A DNA stretch of 63,930 nucleotides, counting the filler, from Octopus bimaculoides (taxonomy: Eukaryota), in the NCBI RefSeq assembly GCF_001194135.2. It is 3 parts of 3 records of this genome, joined end to end, with 100 filler letters (N's around TTAATTAATTAA, not from the genome) between each part and the next. Parts side by side here need not be neighbours in the genome. Positions count along the whole stretch, not along the records: positions 1 to 29,096 come from NC_068982.1; 2 more parts are not named here. One strand, 5' to 3'. Positions 1-13,990 of this stretch are shown here, piece after piece. Positions within the stretch are counted from its first letter, which is position 1. Each line of letters opens with the position of its first letter. The notes below the pieces were generated by a model that worked only from the letters and a program-made list of their open reading frames with translations, was not told the origin of the DNA and searched no databases. The translations under genes and the position numbers were made by a program.

Positions 1-854
<854 letters not shown>

Positions 855-1179
855 CTTACCTTATTTTGCTTTCATCATTCCGACTTTTACTATTCTGCAG
901 GAATCCATTTATTTTTAAAGAGTTTTAGGTTAAAATAAGTAAAAAAAAAAAATTATATATATTTATAATATTAATAAATAAAAAAATAACGAGAAGATAA
1001 ATAAAATAAAAACAAACGAAAGGGAAACGGGGAAAGAGAGAGAGAGAGAATAATAGAGTGTATGAAGGAAAGATAGATATGAGAGAATAGAGAGAGAGAG
1101 CGAGATAGTAGAAAGAGTGAGAAGCAGAGAGAGAAAGAAAGAGTTAATTGCCTCTTTATATCCTAAGGTAACCTCTGTC

Positions 1180-1704
1180 TGTCACTCAATGATCTTGTTT
1201 TTATGATGATTGTTGTTGTTAATATTGTTGTTATCGGTATTGTTGTTATAGTCATCGTCGTTGTTGTTGTTGTGGTGGTGGTGTTGTTATGGTATTTGTT
1301 ACGTCTGTTATTGCTGTTCTTGTTGTGGTTAGTCTTGTTGTATGTATGATCGTTATTGTTTTTGTTATTATTGATGAATTTGATGTTATTGTTGTTTTTA
1401 TTGCCGTTTCTTCTATTGATGTTTGTCTTTTGTAGTTGTTGTCATCATTATTGTTGATGTTGTTGTTGTTGTTGCTGCCGTTAATGCAGTTGATTATAAT
1501 CTTGTCTTCGTTGTTGCTGTTGTTGTTGCTGTTGCTGTTTTTGTTGTTGTTTCCGTTGATTTTATTGATGTCTTTTCTTTCTTGTCTGTTGTTAGTGTTG
1601 TTATATTGCTGCTGTCTTTAATATTGTTGCCATTATTACTCTACGTAGTGGTGTAGTTGTTACTGTTGTAGCCCTTCCTTTTTTCTCTTCATCATCACCA
1701 CCAC

Positions 1705-1740
<36 letters not shown>

Positions 1741-2274
1741 TTTCTTCTTGTTATATTTGTGTTGTTGCTCTTCTGTTGCTATGTTTATTGCTGCTGACAT
1801 TGCCCTATTCTTTGTTGTTGTTCCTCTTATTGTTTTGTTAATCCTGCTCTTGTCGTTGTTGTTATTTTGAATGTTGTTATTATTGTCCTTATTGTATTTA
1901 ACGGCGTCCTTCTTGTTGTTGTTCATGATGTTGATGATGTTATATTTCATTATAGATGTAATATTTCGTTGGTGGTGGTGGTGAACGTGATGGTGGTAGT
2001 GGTGGTTGTGACAGTGGTGGCGATGATGAGGATACCGTTCCAGTCGGTTTATTGTTGTGGCTGTGACTGTTAATATAGTTGTTATTCCAGTTACTGTTGC
2101 TGCAGCTGGTCGTTGTTCTTTCACTTGAAGTTTTTTTTTTCTTTTTTGCTATTGTTGTTCTTCTCGTTAGCACTCACGATTATGATGTTGCTGATGGTGG
2201 TGGGAGGCGGCTTTGTCCGCGTTGGTGAGAAGGAATACAGCAACCACGAAGAAGCTGGTTATGATGATGGTGAT
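1180..2274. repeat. Degenerate (GTT)n/(GAT)n/(CAT)n low-complexity tract
   Basis: Read directly; yields poly-V/L/N ORFs with no domain. Confidence 0.9.
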
Positions 2275-3107
2275 NNNNNNNNNNNNNNNNNNNNNNNNNN
2301 NNNNNNNNNNNNNNNNNNNNNNNNNNNNNNNNNNNNNNNNNNNNNNNNNNNNNNNNNNNNNNNNNNNNNNNNNNNNNNNNNNNNNNNNNNNNNNNNNNNN
2401 NNNNNNNNNNNNNNNNNNNNNNNNNNNNNNNNNNNNNNNNNNNNNNNNNNNNNNNNNNNNNNNNNNNNNNNNNNNNNNNNNNNNNNNNNNNNNNNNNNNN
2501 NNNNNNNNNNNNNNNNNNNNNNNNNNNNNNNNNNNNNNNNNNNNNNNNNNNNNNNNNNNNNNNNNNNNNNNNNNNNNNNNNNNNNNNNNNNNNNNNNNNN
2601 NNNNNNNNNNNNNNNNNNNNNNNNNNNNNNNNNNNNNNNNNNNNNNNNNNNNNNNNNNNNNNNNNNNNNNNNNNNNNNNNNNNNNNNNNNNNNNNNNNNN
2701 NNNNNNNNNNNNNNNNNNNNNNNNNNNNNNNNNNNNNNNNNNNNNNNNNNNNNNNNNNNNNNNNNNNNNNNNNNNNNNNNNNNNNNNNNNNNNNNNNNNN
2801 NNNNNNNNNNNNNNNNNNNNNNNNNNNNNNNNNNNNNNNNNNNNNNNNNNNNNNNNNNNNNNNNNNNNNNNNNNNNNNNNNNNNNNNNNNNNNNNNNNNN
2901 NNNNNNNNNNNNNNNNNNNNNNNNNNNNNNNNNNNNNNNNNNNNNNNNNNNNNNNNNNNNNNNNNNNNNNNNNNNNNNNNNNNNNNNNNNNNNNNNNNNN
3001 NNNNNNNNNNNNNNNNNNNNNNNNNNNNNNNNNNNNNNNNNNNNNNNNNNNNNNNNNNNNNNNNNNNNNNNNNNNNNNNNNNNNNNNNNNNNNNNNNNNN
3101 NNNNNNN

Positions 3108-3185
<78 letters not shown>

Positions 3186-3551
3186 CACATACACCCACAC
3201 ACACATGCAAGCATGAGTGTGTGCATGGGTGGGTTAGCGTGTGCTTTTGGGTATTTTAGTTTTAGTTTTCTTTGGAAGCAACGTGCTTTATCGATTGATT
3301 CATACGTATATGAGATATATGTACATATATATATATATATGTGTGTGTGCGTATATATATATAAATATATATGTATGTATGTATGTACGTACGTATGTAT
3401 GTACGTATGTACGTATGTACTATGTATGTATGCGTACAAATATACATATATTTTCGTACATATGTATATATACATATATATACACACATATATATATATA
3501 TATGTATTTAAGCATAAATATGCTCATGTATATATTTACTACATATGTGTG

Positions 3552-3606
<55 letters not shown>

Positions 3607-3658
3607 TAAACATATGTACATACGTATGCGTTTGTTCATCGGTGTGTTTGCATGTGTC

Positions 3659-3697
<39 letters not shown>

Positions 3698-4200
3698 GTG
3701 TGTGTATGTGTGTGTGTGTGTGTCTGTGTGTGTGTCTGTGTGTGTGTCTGTGTNNNNNNNNNNNNNNNNNNNNNNNNNNNNNNNNNNNNNNNNNNNNNNN
3801 NNNNTGTATGTGTGTGTGTGTGTGTGTCTGTGTGTGTGTCTGTGTGTGTGTCTGTGTGTGTGTCTGTGTGTGTGTCTGTGTACTACTATTATTCCGAGCG
3901 TGACTAACTATCTTACGTGAAATTCCATCGATGTACATTTTATGTTGTTAGTTTTGTGGGAGGAAATATTTAATATAGTATGTGTATGTCCGTGTTTATG
4001 CGTATATGTTCGTGTTTATGCGTGTATGTGCGTGTACCTGCGTGTGAGTAAATGTGCGTGTATAATATTTGTTCCTTTTTCATATGTTGATGTATGTTTG
4101 TGTATGTGTATGATTGTGTATATGTACGCACGAGCCTGTATTTGTGGCTGTGTTAGGTTATATGTGTTTGTGTTGATCTGTATGATTATGTACGTGTGAA
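3108..4200. repeat. (TA)n/(TG)n/(TATG)n microsatellite complex
   Basis: Read directly. Confidence 0.93.
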
Positions 4201-5002
4201 TATGATGGCATTTATTCATATGTGTTATTCTGTGTCTAACTCTGCGCATTTTTGCAGTGCTATGCACTATGCTTGCTTTATCAGTTTCATCTCAAGGATT
4301 GGTCTGCGCCCATAGCTTTTGCAGTCCGTCCGAGACTGTGCAACTTATACTTTTGTAGTGATTCAGCCTTTAGTTGAGGAATGAACGTTATTCCCACCTG
4401 ACTGTATTACTCTAGTAGTAAGGACAAACATATGGAATTATTTTCATGAGTTACAATAATATTCTTCCTTGAGAAATACCTCTATGCAATATTTCGTCAC
4501 ATCCACCAAGATTAAACTACTGCCTCTCTAATAAAATATATCCTGTCTAAAAGAAGTCTTAGAATTTGATGTATCTTTGTTTCAGAAACGGCACTTTGTA
4601 GTTGATGTTATATCCTCTGTTATTAAGAAGCGACAAAATCCACAAAGCAAAAGCTTTCGACAAACATCTACATATAATAATTAGCATTATGTGTTTATTT
4701 GCTGTCAGGTTGATAAGATGCAGTGGATGTAAGAAACTATCAAATGAAAAATAGAGGCTGCGTCAGAAGGAGAAGTAAAATGGAAGTGAGTGGAATGATG
4801 AGGTGCCTATCACACTGCTTGGTGTAATAAACAAGGAGCTAATAAGAGTGTTAGAAATAAAATGAGCAAAGGTTTATGTTAGAAGTTTTACTGTGGTCTG
4901 TGCGGTAGTTATTTGACCAAATGGGAAGAGAAAACAAGATAATCAAGAGACAGAAAAGAAATACTAAGCAAGTAGTATGATTCCAATGTATGTATTTCCG
5001 AA

Positions 5003-5069
<67 letters not shown>

Positions 5070-5797
5070 ATTATATATATTTGTGTGTGTGTGTGTGTGT
5101 GTTACGGTGTATTTCTTGACATAGAAGAGTTACTTTGTATGTTACTTCAAGTTCCTCAGTTACAGCTACTCTGACGGCTCACTAATATTTTCAATAGGAA
5201 AAGTGATTTCCTTTCGCCTCTTCTGGCAAACATATGACAACTTTCTCCTTGCCACTTATGAATATATTCCTTCAGCAAGGATACAACTTCCTCATAATAC
5301 ACCCTACCAAACGTGTTTCTGTGACTGGTCCTTGTCTATGACAAGTGTATCATTGCTGGGTACAACATTTACAAAGCTGTGTGTTGTTGTTGTTGTTATT
5401 GCTAAACAATCCGTCAGTCTCTCATTCGTATTAAAAAAAACAAAATCTTCCTTATTTTTATTCCAAAATATTAGTGTTTTGTTTTATAACATTTTTCTCG
5501 ATTTTTCTTTCATTGTTTGTTTCCTCTGTAGCTTTCAAGGTTTCTGCTTGCTTTGTGTAGACAAGGCATACTCACCAACATTTTGTATTCAATGTTGGCT
5601 AAAGTTAAAATTAAGTGTTCAAAAATGTCCCGTCTTGTTTGTTTTTTGTTTTCTTTTGTTTTTGCTTTTGTTTTGTTTTTTACTTCGAGCAATTGACAAA
5701 TAAAAAATAACAGACTTTTTTTGACTAAAAAAAACCCAGAAAATTCAACCAAGTCTGAAAAATAAAGAAGAAAGAAATTAAAATTTGCAAAAGAAAC

Positions 5798-6185
5798 GAG
5801 TGCAGACGTAGCTGTGTGGTAAGAAGCTTGCTTTCTAACCATATGGTTGTGGCTTCAATCTCACTGCGTGGCACATTAGGCAAATGTCTTCTAGAGTGGA
5901 TTTGGTAGGCGGAAAGTAAAAGAAGCCCGTCGTATATGTATATATATATATATACATACATTTATGTGAGTGTGTCTTTGTGTTTGTCTTTGTCCCTTCA
6001 CCATCACTTGACAACCGCTGTTGGTGTGTTTGTGTCCCCGTAACTTAGTGGTTCGGCAAAACAGACCGATAGAATAAGTACTTGGCTTACAAAGAGTAAG
6101 TTCTGGGGTCGATTTCTTTGACTAAAGGCGGTGCTCCAGCATGGCCGCAGTCAAACGACTGAAACAAAAGAATGAATAAAAGAAT
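5798..6185 (+). mobile_element. tRNA-derived SINE, family A (head + core + internal TA/TG microsatellite + 3' half)
   Basis: Head gctgtgtggtaag with B-box-like ggcttcaatctc; core gggcaaatgtcttct...ggatttggtag; tail gactaaaggcggtgctccagcatggccgcagtc. Homologous to copies at 20081, 23384 and 50540. Confidence 0.9.
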
Positions 6186-6299
6186 TGTTGAAATATGTCT
6201 CATCGCAGTCAAGGACCCGGAATATGACTTAATTTATTACATCAACTCAAAACAAAAAATGAAAGCAAAGTAGAACGCAGCAGGATTTGGCATCACTGG

Positions 6300-7460
6300 A
6301 ATTCTTGTGCAGTCATAAATTGATGCTCTGCAAAACCAGATAACGTCAGCCTGTAATAACCTGTTGACTTATGCAGAAATCAAGTATTTACATGACTTTT
6401 AACCGGGACATCTTTAACCCCTTAGAGAGAACAAACACATGACATATCTATTTACGGCCCCATGACTTGCCAACCGATAATTTATTAACTGCTCTTCAAA
6501 TATTATCAAACAACTTGATTGAACATCTGCATGTAAATAAAAATGCTATTTCTGTAAAGTGGAAGAAAAGCTTGCCCAAGTCTGTGGAACAATGAGGCAG
6601 TTCTTTATAAATAATATGGTAATGGGTGATGCGAAATTATGCAAAGAGAATTTTTTTGTACCAGTATTAACGATAAGAAGTATTTGCTAAGAATGCTGAG
6701 GTCCTAACTTTAATGATATTATGGTGAATTTCTTTAAATGAACAATAAAAAATGGCAAACAATTCTTCCGATAACAATCTATCCAGTTCTAAGTTCCGAT
6801 TTACAAAATTTTGTCCGGAGATTATCTTCAGGAAGATTGAATACAAAGTCTTGAGTCAGTTAGCAAAGAGATAATTTGGATTTAATTTGTAAGAAAGAAC
6901 CAGAAGCACCCACCAGCTCTTCTTTATGGATACACTAAAATTATATGCAAAAAATACTATCCAACCTGATTGTCTTTTTTAGGTTTGCCAAGCAGTTTCC
7001 CAAAGATGTTAACAAGTTGTGTGGACTGAAAAACTTTTAAAAGGTAGAACGGCATGTCAGTAAAATAATTTGCAACTAGTTGGAGGAAGAAAATATAGGA
7101 TCTAGTGAATTCTAATTTTTTTCATTATATGATCAAAAGAGAAAGGAAACTTGCGTCGTGTAAAAACTGTACCATTACGAATGAGAAATGAATAGTTTGA
7201 GAAGCCATATTAAATGTTAAAAACTTATTTCAATAGCAAAAGTGACTGATGTATTATATCCCTATTTTCAGTGCCAACCATAACAAACGGTGCTGAAGTT
7301 TGTACCGGAACATGATAGACAAACACTTTATAAACCATAAAACTAGAAATATATAATTATATTTCTATAACTAGAAAAATGCATAGCATGTTTCAAAGTT
7401 TGCCATCAAAAGAATCTACACTCGCAGAAGTGAATGCGGTAGGAGCTGTTGAGTATAAGT
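6300..7460 (+). pseudogene. Decayed R4/Dong-like non-LTR retrotransposon RT
   Basis: Manual translation across stops and frameshifts: TGTSLTP*REQTHDISIYGPMTCQPIIY*LL (cf. NYRPITCL..YKLL), THQLFFMDTLKLYAKN (cf. HLLFMDDLKLYAK), KRIYTRRSECGRS (cf. RLYLPRKEGGRGL). Absent from the ORF track. Confidence 0.85.
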
Positions 7461-7959
7461 AAGCAGTTTAAGAACAGAAGTTATTAATGTTTGTCGTTAC
7501 CTAACTCACAAGAGGGGCCGATACATTCCCTTTTTGACTGTCATCGTATAACAAATGGTAATAAATCAAATATCACTGCAGCAGTGAAATTATTCCAAGA
7601 AATTGCACACATGTTACGTTGAGGGTTTTCAATACGATAAAAAATCAAAGAACATTGCACGGACTCAAGACCCTTAGTGTTTTGCTTGGCTTTGCATTAC
7701 ATTTGATTCTCTAAGTTCCTACATTCAAAATAGGAGTTTTGTTCTTTTTTTTTCTTTCCGTTTCTCAGGTAGTTGATCCGTATTAATCTTTTGGAAATGA
7801 AATTTTACTTTCATAGTGAAGAATATAGTGAAAACATAATTTCTTTTCGTTTTAAACTTATACATTGCAAAAATGTTGTTGAAATGGAAGGGATACATAA
7901 TTTTGGCGAACTTAGAAAAAAAGAAACACGATGCAATGATTAAAATTAATAGTATTAGT

Positions 7960-8260
7960 GGTTAGCTCGTTTGTTAACAGAAAACCACCATGATTATGAG
8001 CACAGGTCTTCATGAATAAATCCATTCTTCTTTGATATGTTTGTGATCGTTATATAAGGATTTATCAAAGACGATCTGCAATACATCATCATAGAACTAA
8101 ACAACCAATCGCTTTTCGTGTTTTCTAAATCTACAAAGGTCTATTCCTTTAGTTCAGGGAATTTCTTTGGATTTGTTTGCCTGCAAGTCTTTCACACTTT
8201 CTCAGTATAACTATTTTTGTTAGCTTGTGTGTCAAACAAACTGTTCGTTCAAAAACATTA
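7960..8260 (-). pseudogene. Possible decayed RTE-type LINE RT fragment
   Basis: Minus strand gives KQIQ..F...NRPL / TFVDLENT (cf. RQLQEK..KPL..AFVDLEKAFD) and GFIHEDLCS (cf. GVHQGSVLS); heavily degraded. Confidence 0.4.
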
Positions 8261-8716
8261 GTAACAGCATCTGGTGGGTCTAGCTACTGACATCGATTTT
8301 CTCCCTAAAACGATAACTGATCTTGAACCGTAAATTTACAATTACAGAAATATAAAAAAAAATAATATGAAAGAAACATTCCAAGAATCCAAAGCCGCCA
8401 AACCTCTTCTACTTTATTCATTCTCATATTGATGCGATATTTTCTGAAACGTGAAATCGATTCTTTTCACTGCAGCCAAAATCTTGAGATATCTTGTTAA
8501 GTTGTAAAGAAGTTCGTTGTATCTCAGACTTTGGCAACAGAACGGCGATGAAAATAACAGAAGATGGTGCCGAAAAGAAAACGATTTTATTCACTGAATT
8601 ATATAAGTTGATTAGAAGGTAGGTAACTTCAGACTTTAGCTGTATAGAATATAGTTACACGCCGCACACGTTCGAAAACATAATCCACTGAGAGCAGAAG
8701 ATGATTCTTTCCCGTC

Positions 8717-8797
<81 letters not shown>

Positions 8798-9439
8798 CAG
8801 AGAGAGACAGACAGACAGGTTTGGCCAAAAGTCATCTAACAGTGAATAAGAACCATTTAATTCCAAGATTTCTTTATGTTTAACAACTGAATGAATGGCA
8901 TCTAAATATGAAACATCATGAAAATTGTTCAAACTGAAGTCCTTCTTGAGCGACACATTTTTCCATTCGAGTCAATACAGAGAAACAGATAGTATTTATG
9001 GAATTTTGATTTACTGTCGGGTGCACACGTATTGACGAATACATACATACATACATATATGTATAGGAACTCATATATACAGGCACACATGTGCATATAT
9101 ATATAAATATACGCACATAGCTTAGATAAATATGTGCATATATTCGTACGTAAAGCGAGATACAGACGTCCGTGCAAAGTTTGACATACGCACACGTATT
9201 AATACACTCGCGTATACAAATATGTAAATATATACACACACATACATATACACATACACACACACAGATACATATATGTATGCATATATACATATAAACA
9301 TACGCCCATGCACACGTATACACAAATTCATATTAATATATACATATACCTATAAAAACGCAAGTGCGCACCGATCGGGATGTAGACATATCTATATCTC
9401 TACACATATATACACGTGTATACATATACACACACACAC

Positions 9440-11385
9440 ATATATATATGAACCTTATGCACCACGCAAACCTCGAATACAACTAAAAGATCACAAGCCA
9501 AACTTCCGTATCGCCTCCTCTGTTAGATTAATCTGCTACTCAAAATCTGATATCGGGAGTATAAGTAAGACAATATTAGATAGGATTTTACCGCAACTTC
9601 GATCTGGAAATACCCTAGCTCTATGGTCCGATACTCGACAATAATCGGGTGGTTGAACCACTTAATAACAAGCAAACAAAGCAAATTCATTCAACTAGAC
9701 ATAGAGGAATATTATGCCAATATCAGCCCTATCATCTTAGATTAGGCTTTAATCTTTGCTAGAAATATTTCGGATCTTTTCAGATACGAAACTCACATAA
9801 TATTAGCTGCACGAGGAACCTTGGTAGATTTTGATAACAATTTATGGAATAGGTCTGACACGCCAAATGCGTTTGACATAGCTATGGGATCATTTGATTC
9901 TTCAGAAGTAACTGACATTGTAGGAATTTACATCTTATCCCAGATACAATTATCTATTCCTGGATTGAATGGAGGCCTATACAGAGATGACGCCATATAC
10001 TTCCTACATAAATGTAGCAAAGTACATAAAAAGTACAAAAGATTTCTATTTAATTTTTTTTTTTAATAATGGACTCTCTATCACTATAACCAATGAATAC
10101 CGTAGAGTCAACTTTTTAGATGCTACTCTTGACTTGGATACTGGTCTACACGAACCGTTCCATAAACTTAATGAGAACTTAAAATACATCAATGTTGAAT
10201 CAAATGATCCATCATCAATAATTAGGGGACTTATTAACAACATCTCAGCTAGAATATCCAAGTTATCCGCAAATGAAATATATTCAACATACACGCACCT
10301 TATTTATAACTCAGCCTTAGTGAAGGCCGGATACAGTATACCAGTAGTAGTAGTAATAGTAATAATAACTCTTATAACTCAACTAGTAATAATACGATTC
10401 ATTATAACAACCTTGCCAAACACAACAATAACTACAAAAACAATATTAAAAACCTAGATAACAGAATCCCAAATCATGAGACAAGATTAACCAAACCCAG
10501 ACACACTAGAATCAACCATGAATTAAAGAAAACTTATAATAGACAACAAATTAAACAACTACCGCCACAAAATTCAATTGCCGCTCCAAACACCCAAACA
10601 AACAGACCTAACCGAAAATATAAAAACCATGACGTCCTTTGGTATAACCCAATCTGGAACTCCAACATCTCATCTAATATCGCGAAACAATTTTTCACCG
10701 CACTGGATCGCTGCTTCCCTAAAAATGGGGTGTACAGCAAAACATTTAACCGTCACTATAAAACTATCCTATGCAAATTCATCAAACTTAGAGCACCATA
10801 TCCATAGGATTGACAACCGTAAACTGAGACAGAGATTAGTCAGCACTCAAAATAATCTTCTTGACATTAACCATAACTCATATGATCAGCCTAAAGACAA
10901 CGTTTATAACTCAAATTATACTACCAATCAACAGAGCAATCTAAAAACAACACCAGCAACAATTTAAATAATGAACTGAGAACACCTAGTGATAATAAAA
11001 CGATAATAGTGACAACCAAAATACGGAACAGAGCCAATCCCTCCAGCACTCGATATACACAATCCACCAAAATCAAGCCGTTATGCTCATACAGAGATAG
11101 ATCCAGTTGCCCTTTGGATAACCAATGTATGACTAAGAACGTCGTATATAAGTGCACTATAAACACTCGAGGAAGACCCTACGTATATATCGGAGAATCA
11201 GCCGATTTTTTCAAAAATCGATACCGCAACCACGACGCCAGCTTTCAAAATATCCTCAAACGACATGTAACATCACTGGCCGATTTTATCAGGCGATTTA
11301 AGGAAGCAAAGACAAAATACGACCTTACATGGTCCATACTTAGACATGCGAGTCCCTACAACACTATATCCCGCAAATGCCTATT
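9440..11385 (+). mobile_element. Penelope-like retroelement (RT + C-terminal GIY-YIG endonuclease), frameshifted, 5' truncated
   Basis: In order: IQLKDHKPNF..VRLICYSKSDIGSISKTILDRI; FDIAMGSFDSSEVTDIVGIYIL..GLYRDDA; VNFLDATLDLDTG..INVESNDPSSII; VLWYNP..LDRCFPK; CSYRDRSSCPLDNQCMTKNVVYKC..VYIGES..FKNRYRNHDASF. Confidence 0.95.
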
Positions 11386-11505
11386 TTCTAATGACAGAAA
11401 TGAGCTTCTTTCTTCATAAAGCTTCAGTACTCTTGAAACAACAGTCTTTGATCTGTTAATATCTCTGGTGATAGCAGAAATTGCCATTCCTTCTTTTTTC
11501 GATGT
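11385..11505 (-). mobile_element. Tc1-like transposase N-terminal HTH fragment
   Basis: Minus-strand frame not in the track: EGMAISAITRDINRSKTVVSRVLKLYEERSSF, a Tc1/Tc3-type HTH pattern. It interrupts the PLE endonuclease C-terminus. Confidence 0.6.
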
Positions 11506-11564
11506 AACCACTCACTTCCTGAAATTAACAAGATAAATACTGCCTGCGAATGCATGTATGTATG

Positions 11565-11830
11565 TATGTACCGGTTTCCTTGGTGTGAAAGATTTAAAGG
11601 ATGAATGGGAGAAGAGGAAAAGAATTTAGAGGCTCGATTTGAAAATGAATTTGCGTGAACCCGGTAACGGCGCTTGAAATCAACGATGCCACCAATGTAT
11701 ACATTTGCTTGGTGGGAACGTGATGTTATTACCCAGCATTTGTATACTACATTATAGCGTAAACAGAAACCACCGAGCGGACAGAGCTGTGAGACACGGT
11801 AATTGGAGGGTTTCCTACCAGTGGTAAGCT
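11565..11830 (-). mobile_element. Second PLE GIY-YIG endonuclease fragment (divergent family)
   Basis: CPLGGFCLRYNVVYKCWV..NVYIGGIVDFKRRYRVHANSF within ORF 11424-11924(-). Confidence 0.88.
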
Positions 11831-11871
11831 TAGAATTGATTCCTATAGGTATATATATAAACACACACAAG

Positions 11872-11926
<55 letters not shown>

Positions 11927-12459
11927 NNNNNNNNNNNNNNNNNNNNNNNNNNNNNNNNNNNNNNNNNNNNNNNNNNNNNNNNNNNNNNNNNNNNNNNNNN
12001 NNNNNNNNNNNNNNNNNNNNNNNNNNNNNNNNNNNNNNNNNNNNNNNNNNNNNNNNNNNNNNNNNNNNNNNNNNNNNNNNNNNNNNNNNNNNNNNNNNNN
12101 NNNNNNNNNNTGTGTGTGTGTGTGTGTGTGTGTATGTTGTTTACGTTCTGTGACGTCCTGTGCCCATATATGCATATGTATATACATATGTAATATGTAC
12201 ATGTATGTATGTATGTATATATGCATATTATATATATATATGTATATATATATATATTATTTATATCATTATATGATTGAACGCCACATTTCCAAGTAAG
12301 TTTTACCTTAATAATTTCGATGCGACACTATTTCTATTACTATCTCTATTCCTATTTCTCTTTCTCTTTCCCCTTTTGTTTTCTGTCTCTTCCTTTCTTT
12401 AATTCTTTTTATCTCCCCTTCTCTCCCTTTCGTTTTTTTTTTTCGCTCTCATCCTTTCT

Positions 12460-12990
12460 CTAATTACTTTCCTCTACTCTTTGCCGTTCTCTGTCTGTAC
12501 ACCTATTCGTCACACTTCTTCCTTTGTGCTCTTGTTGCTCGCACGTGACCATCGGCCATCTTTTTTTTCCTAACTTGAATTTCTTTCTTTCCTCCCGATC
12601 AGCCGCAGGGATCAAGCGCATTCTTGTCTGTCTCCTGTCACAGCTTGTTACTCTAATATTCGCCACTCCACTTCGTTTAGGCTTAGCAGCCCTTCCTGCT
12701 TGTTTTCACTGTCCTGTTTTTGTTGCCAAAATCCCAAATTTTATTTAATTTGCTTTGCAGGAGCAACTGTTTTGTCGAAGACGTATCTTGTCGTGAATTG
12801 CTCGAAATACGGATTTAAAAAAAACAGCCGACAACTGATCAAGGGTCGTTCTTTGTGTTGTTTATTTTGTTTTCCATTTACTTCTTTCGTTGTTCGGAAA
12901 AAAAGTTCGTAATCCCTGTTTTCGTATTTCGTATTTCATGTTGTTTACGTTGTGATGGCGTGTGCCCATATATGCATATATATATATATA
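12460..12990. repeat. Interspersed repeat (family D, pseudo-LTR-like) ending in a TA microsatellite; partial copy at 12130-12180
   Basis: Shares gttgtttacgtt..gtgcccatatatgcatat with 12130-12180, and cgaaa..aaaacRg..ctgatSaag..gttct with 55094-55330. Confidence 0.6.
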
Positions 12991-13839
12991 TANNNNNNNN
13001 NNNNNNNNNNNNNNNNNNNNNNNNNNNNNNNNNNNNNNNNNNNNNNNNNNNNNNNNNNNNNNNNNNNNNNNNNNNNNNNNNNNNNNNNNNNNNNNNNNNN
13101 NNNNNNNNNNNNNNNNNNNNNNNNNNNNNNNNNNNNNNNNNNNNNNNNNNNNNNNNNNNNNNNNNNNNNNNNNNNNNNNNNNNNNNNNNNNNNNNNNNNN
13201 NNNNNNNNNNNNNNNNNNNNNNNNNNNNNNNNNNNNNNNNNNNNNNNNNNNNNNNNNNNNNNNNNNNNNNNNNNNNNNNNNNNNNNNNNNNNNNNNNNNN
13301 NNNNNNNNNNNNNNNNNNNNNNNNNNNNNNNNNNNNNNNNNNNNNNNNNNNNNNNNNNNNNNNNNNNNNNNNNNNNNNNNNNNNNNNNNNNNNNNNNNNN
13401 NNNNNNNNNNNNNNNNNNNNNNNNNNNNNNNNNNNNNNNNNNNNNNNNNNNNNNNNNNNNNNNNNNNNNNNNNNNNNNNNNNNNNNNNNNNNNNNNNNNN
13501 NNNNNNNNNNNNNNNNNNNNNNNNNNNNNNNNNNNNNNNNNNNNNNNNNNNNNNNNNNNNNNNNNNNNNNNNNNNNNNNNNNNNNNNNNNNNNNNNNNNN
13601 NNNNNNNNNNNNNNNNNNNNNNNNNNNNNNNNNNNNNNNNNNNNNNNNNNNNNNNNNNNNNNNNNNNNNNNNNNNNNNNNNNNNNNNNNNNNNNNNNNNN
13701 NNNNNNNNNNNNNNNNNNNNNNNNNNNNNNNNNNNNNNNNNNATAACCAAATCGGTCGTTGTGTACTCAGAAACACAGACGGACGAGAATGATATAAGAT
13801 TTTCAAAAGTGGAATCAATAATAGGTTTTAATTTAATTG

Positions 13840-13880
13840 GCAGTAGCAGCAGCAGGAGCAGCGATAGCAACAGCAGCAGC

Positions 13881-13937
<57 letters not shown>

Positions 13938-13990
13938 TGCGCTTATTGCTGTAGCTGATGTTATTGACTTCGCTGTTGCACCTGTTGCTG
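13840..13990. repeat. (AGC)n/(AGT)n trinucleotide tract
   Basis: Read directly. Confidence 0.95.

Noticed and set aside
4709-4785. Exon-like segment with acceptor tgtcag and donor GAA|gtgagt
   Set aside because: All three frames hit a stop (one at aaa TAG, 4752). Only a start-exon reading (MKNRGCVRRRSKME) survives, with no support.
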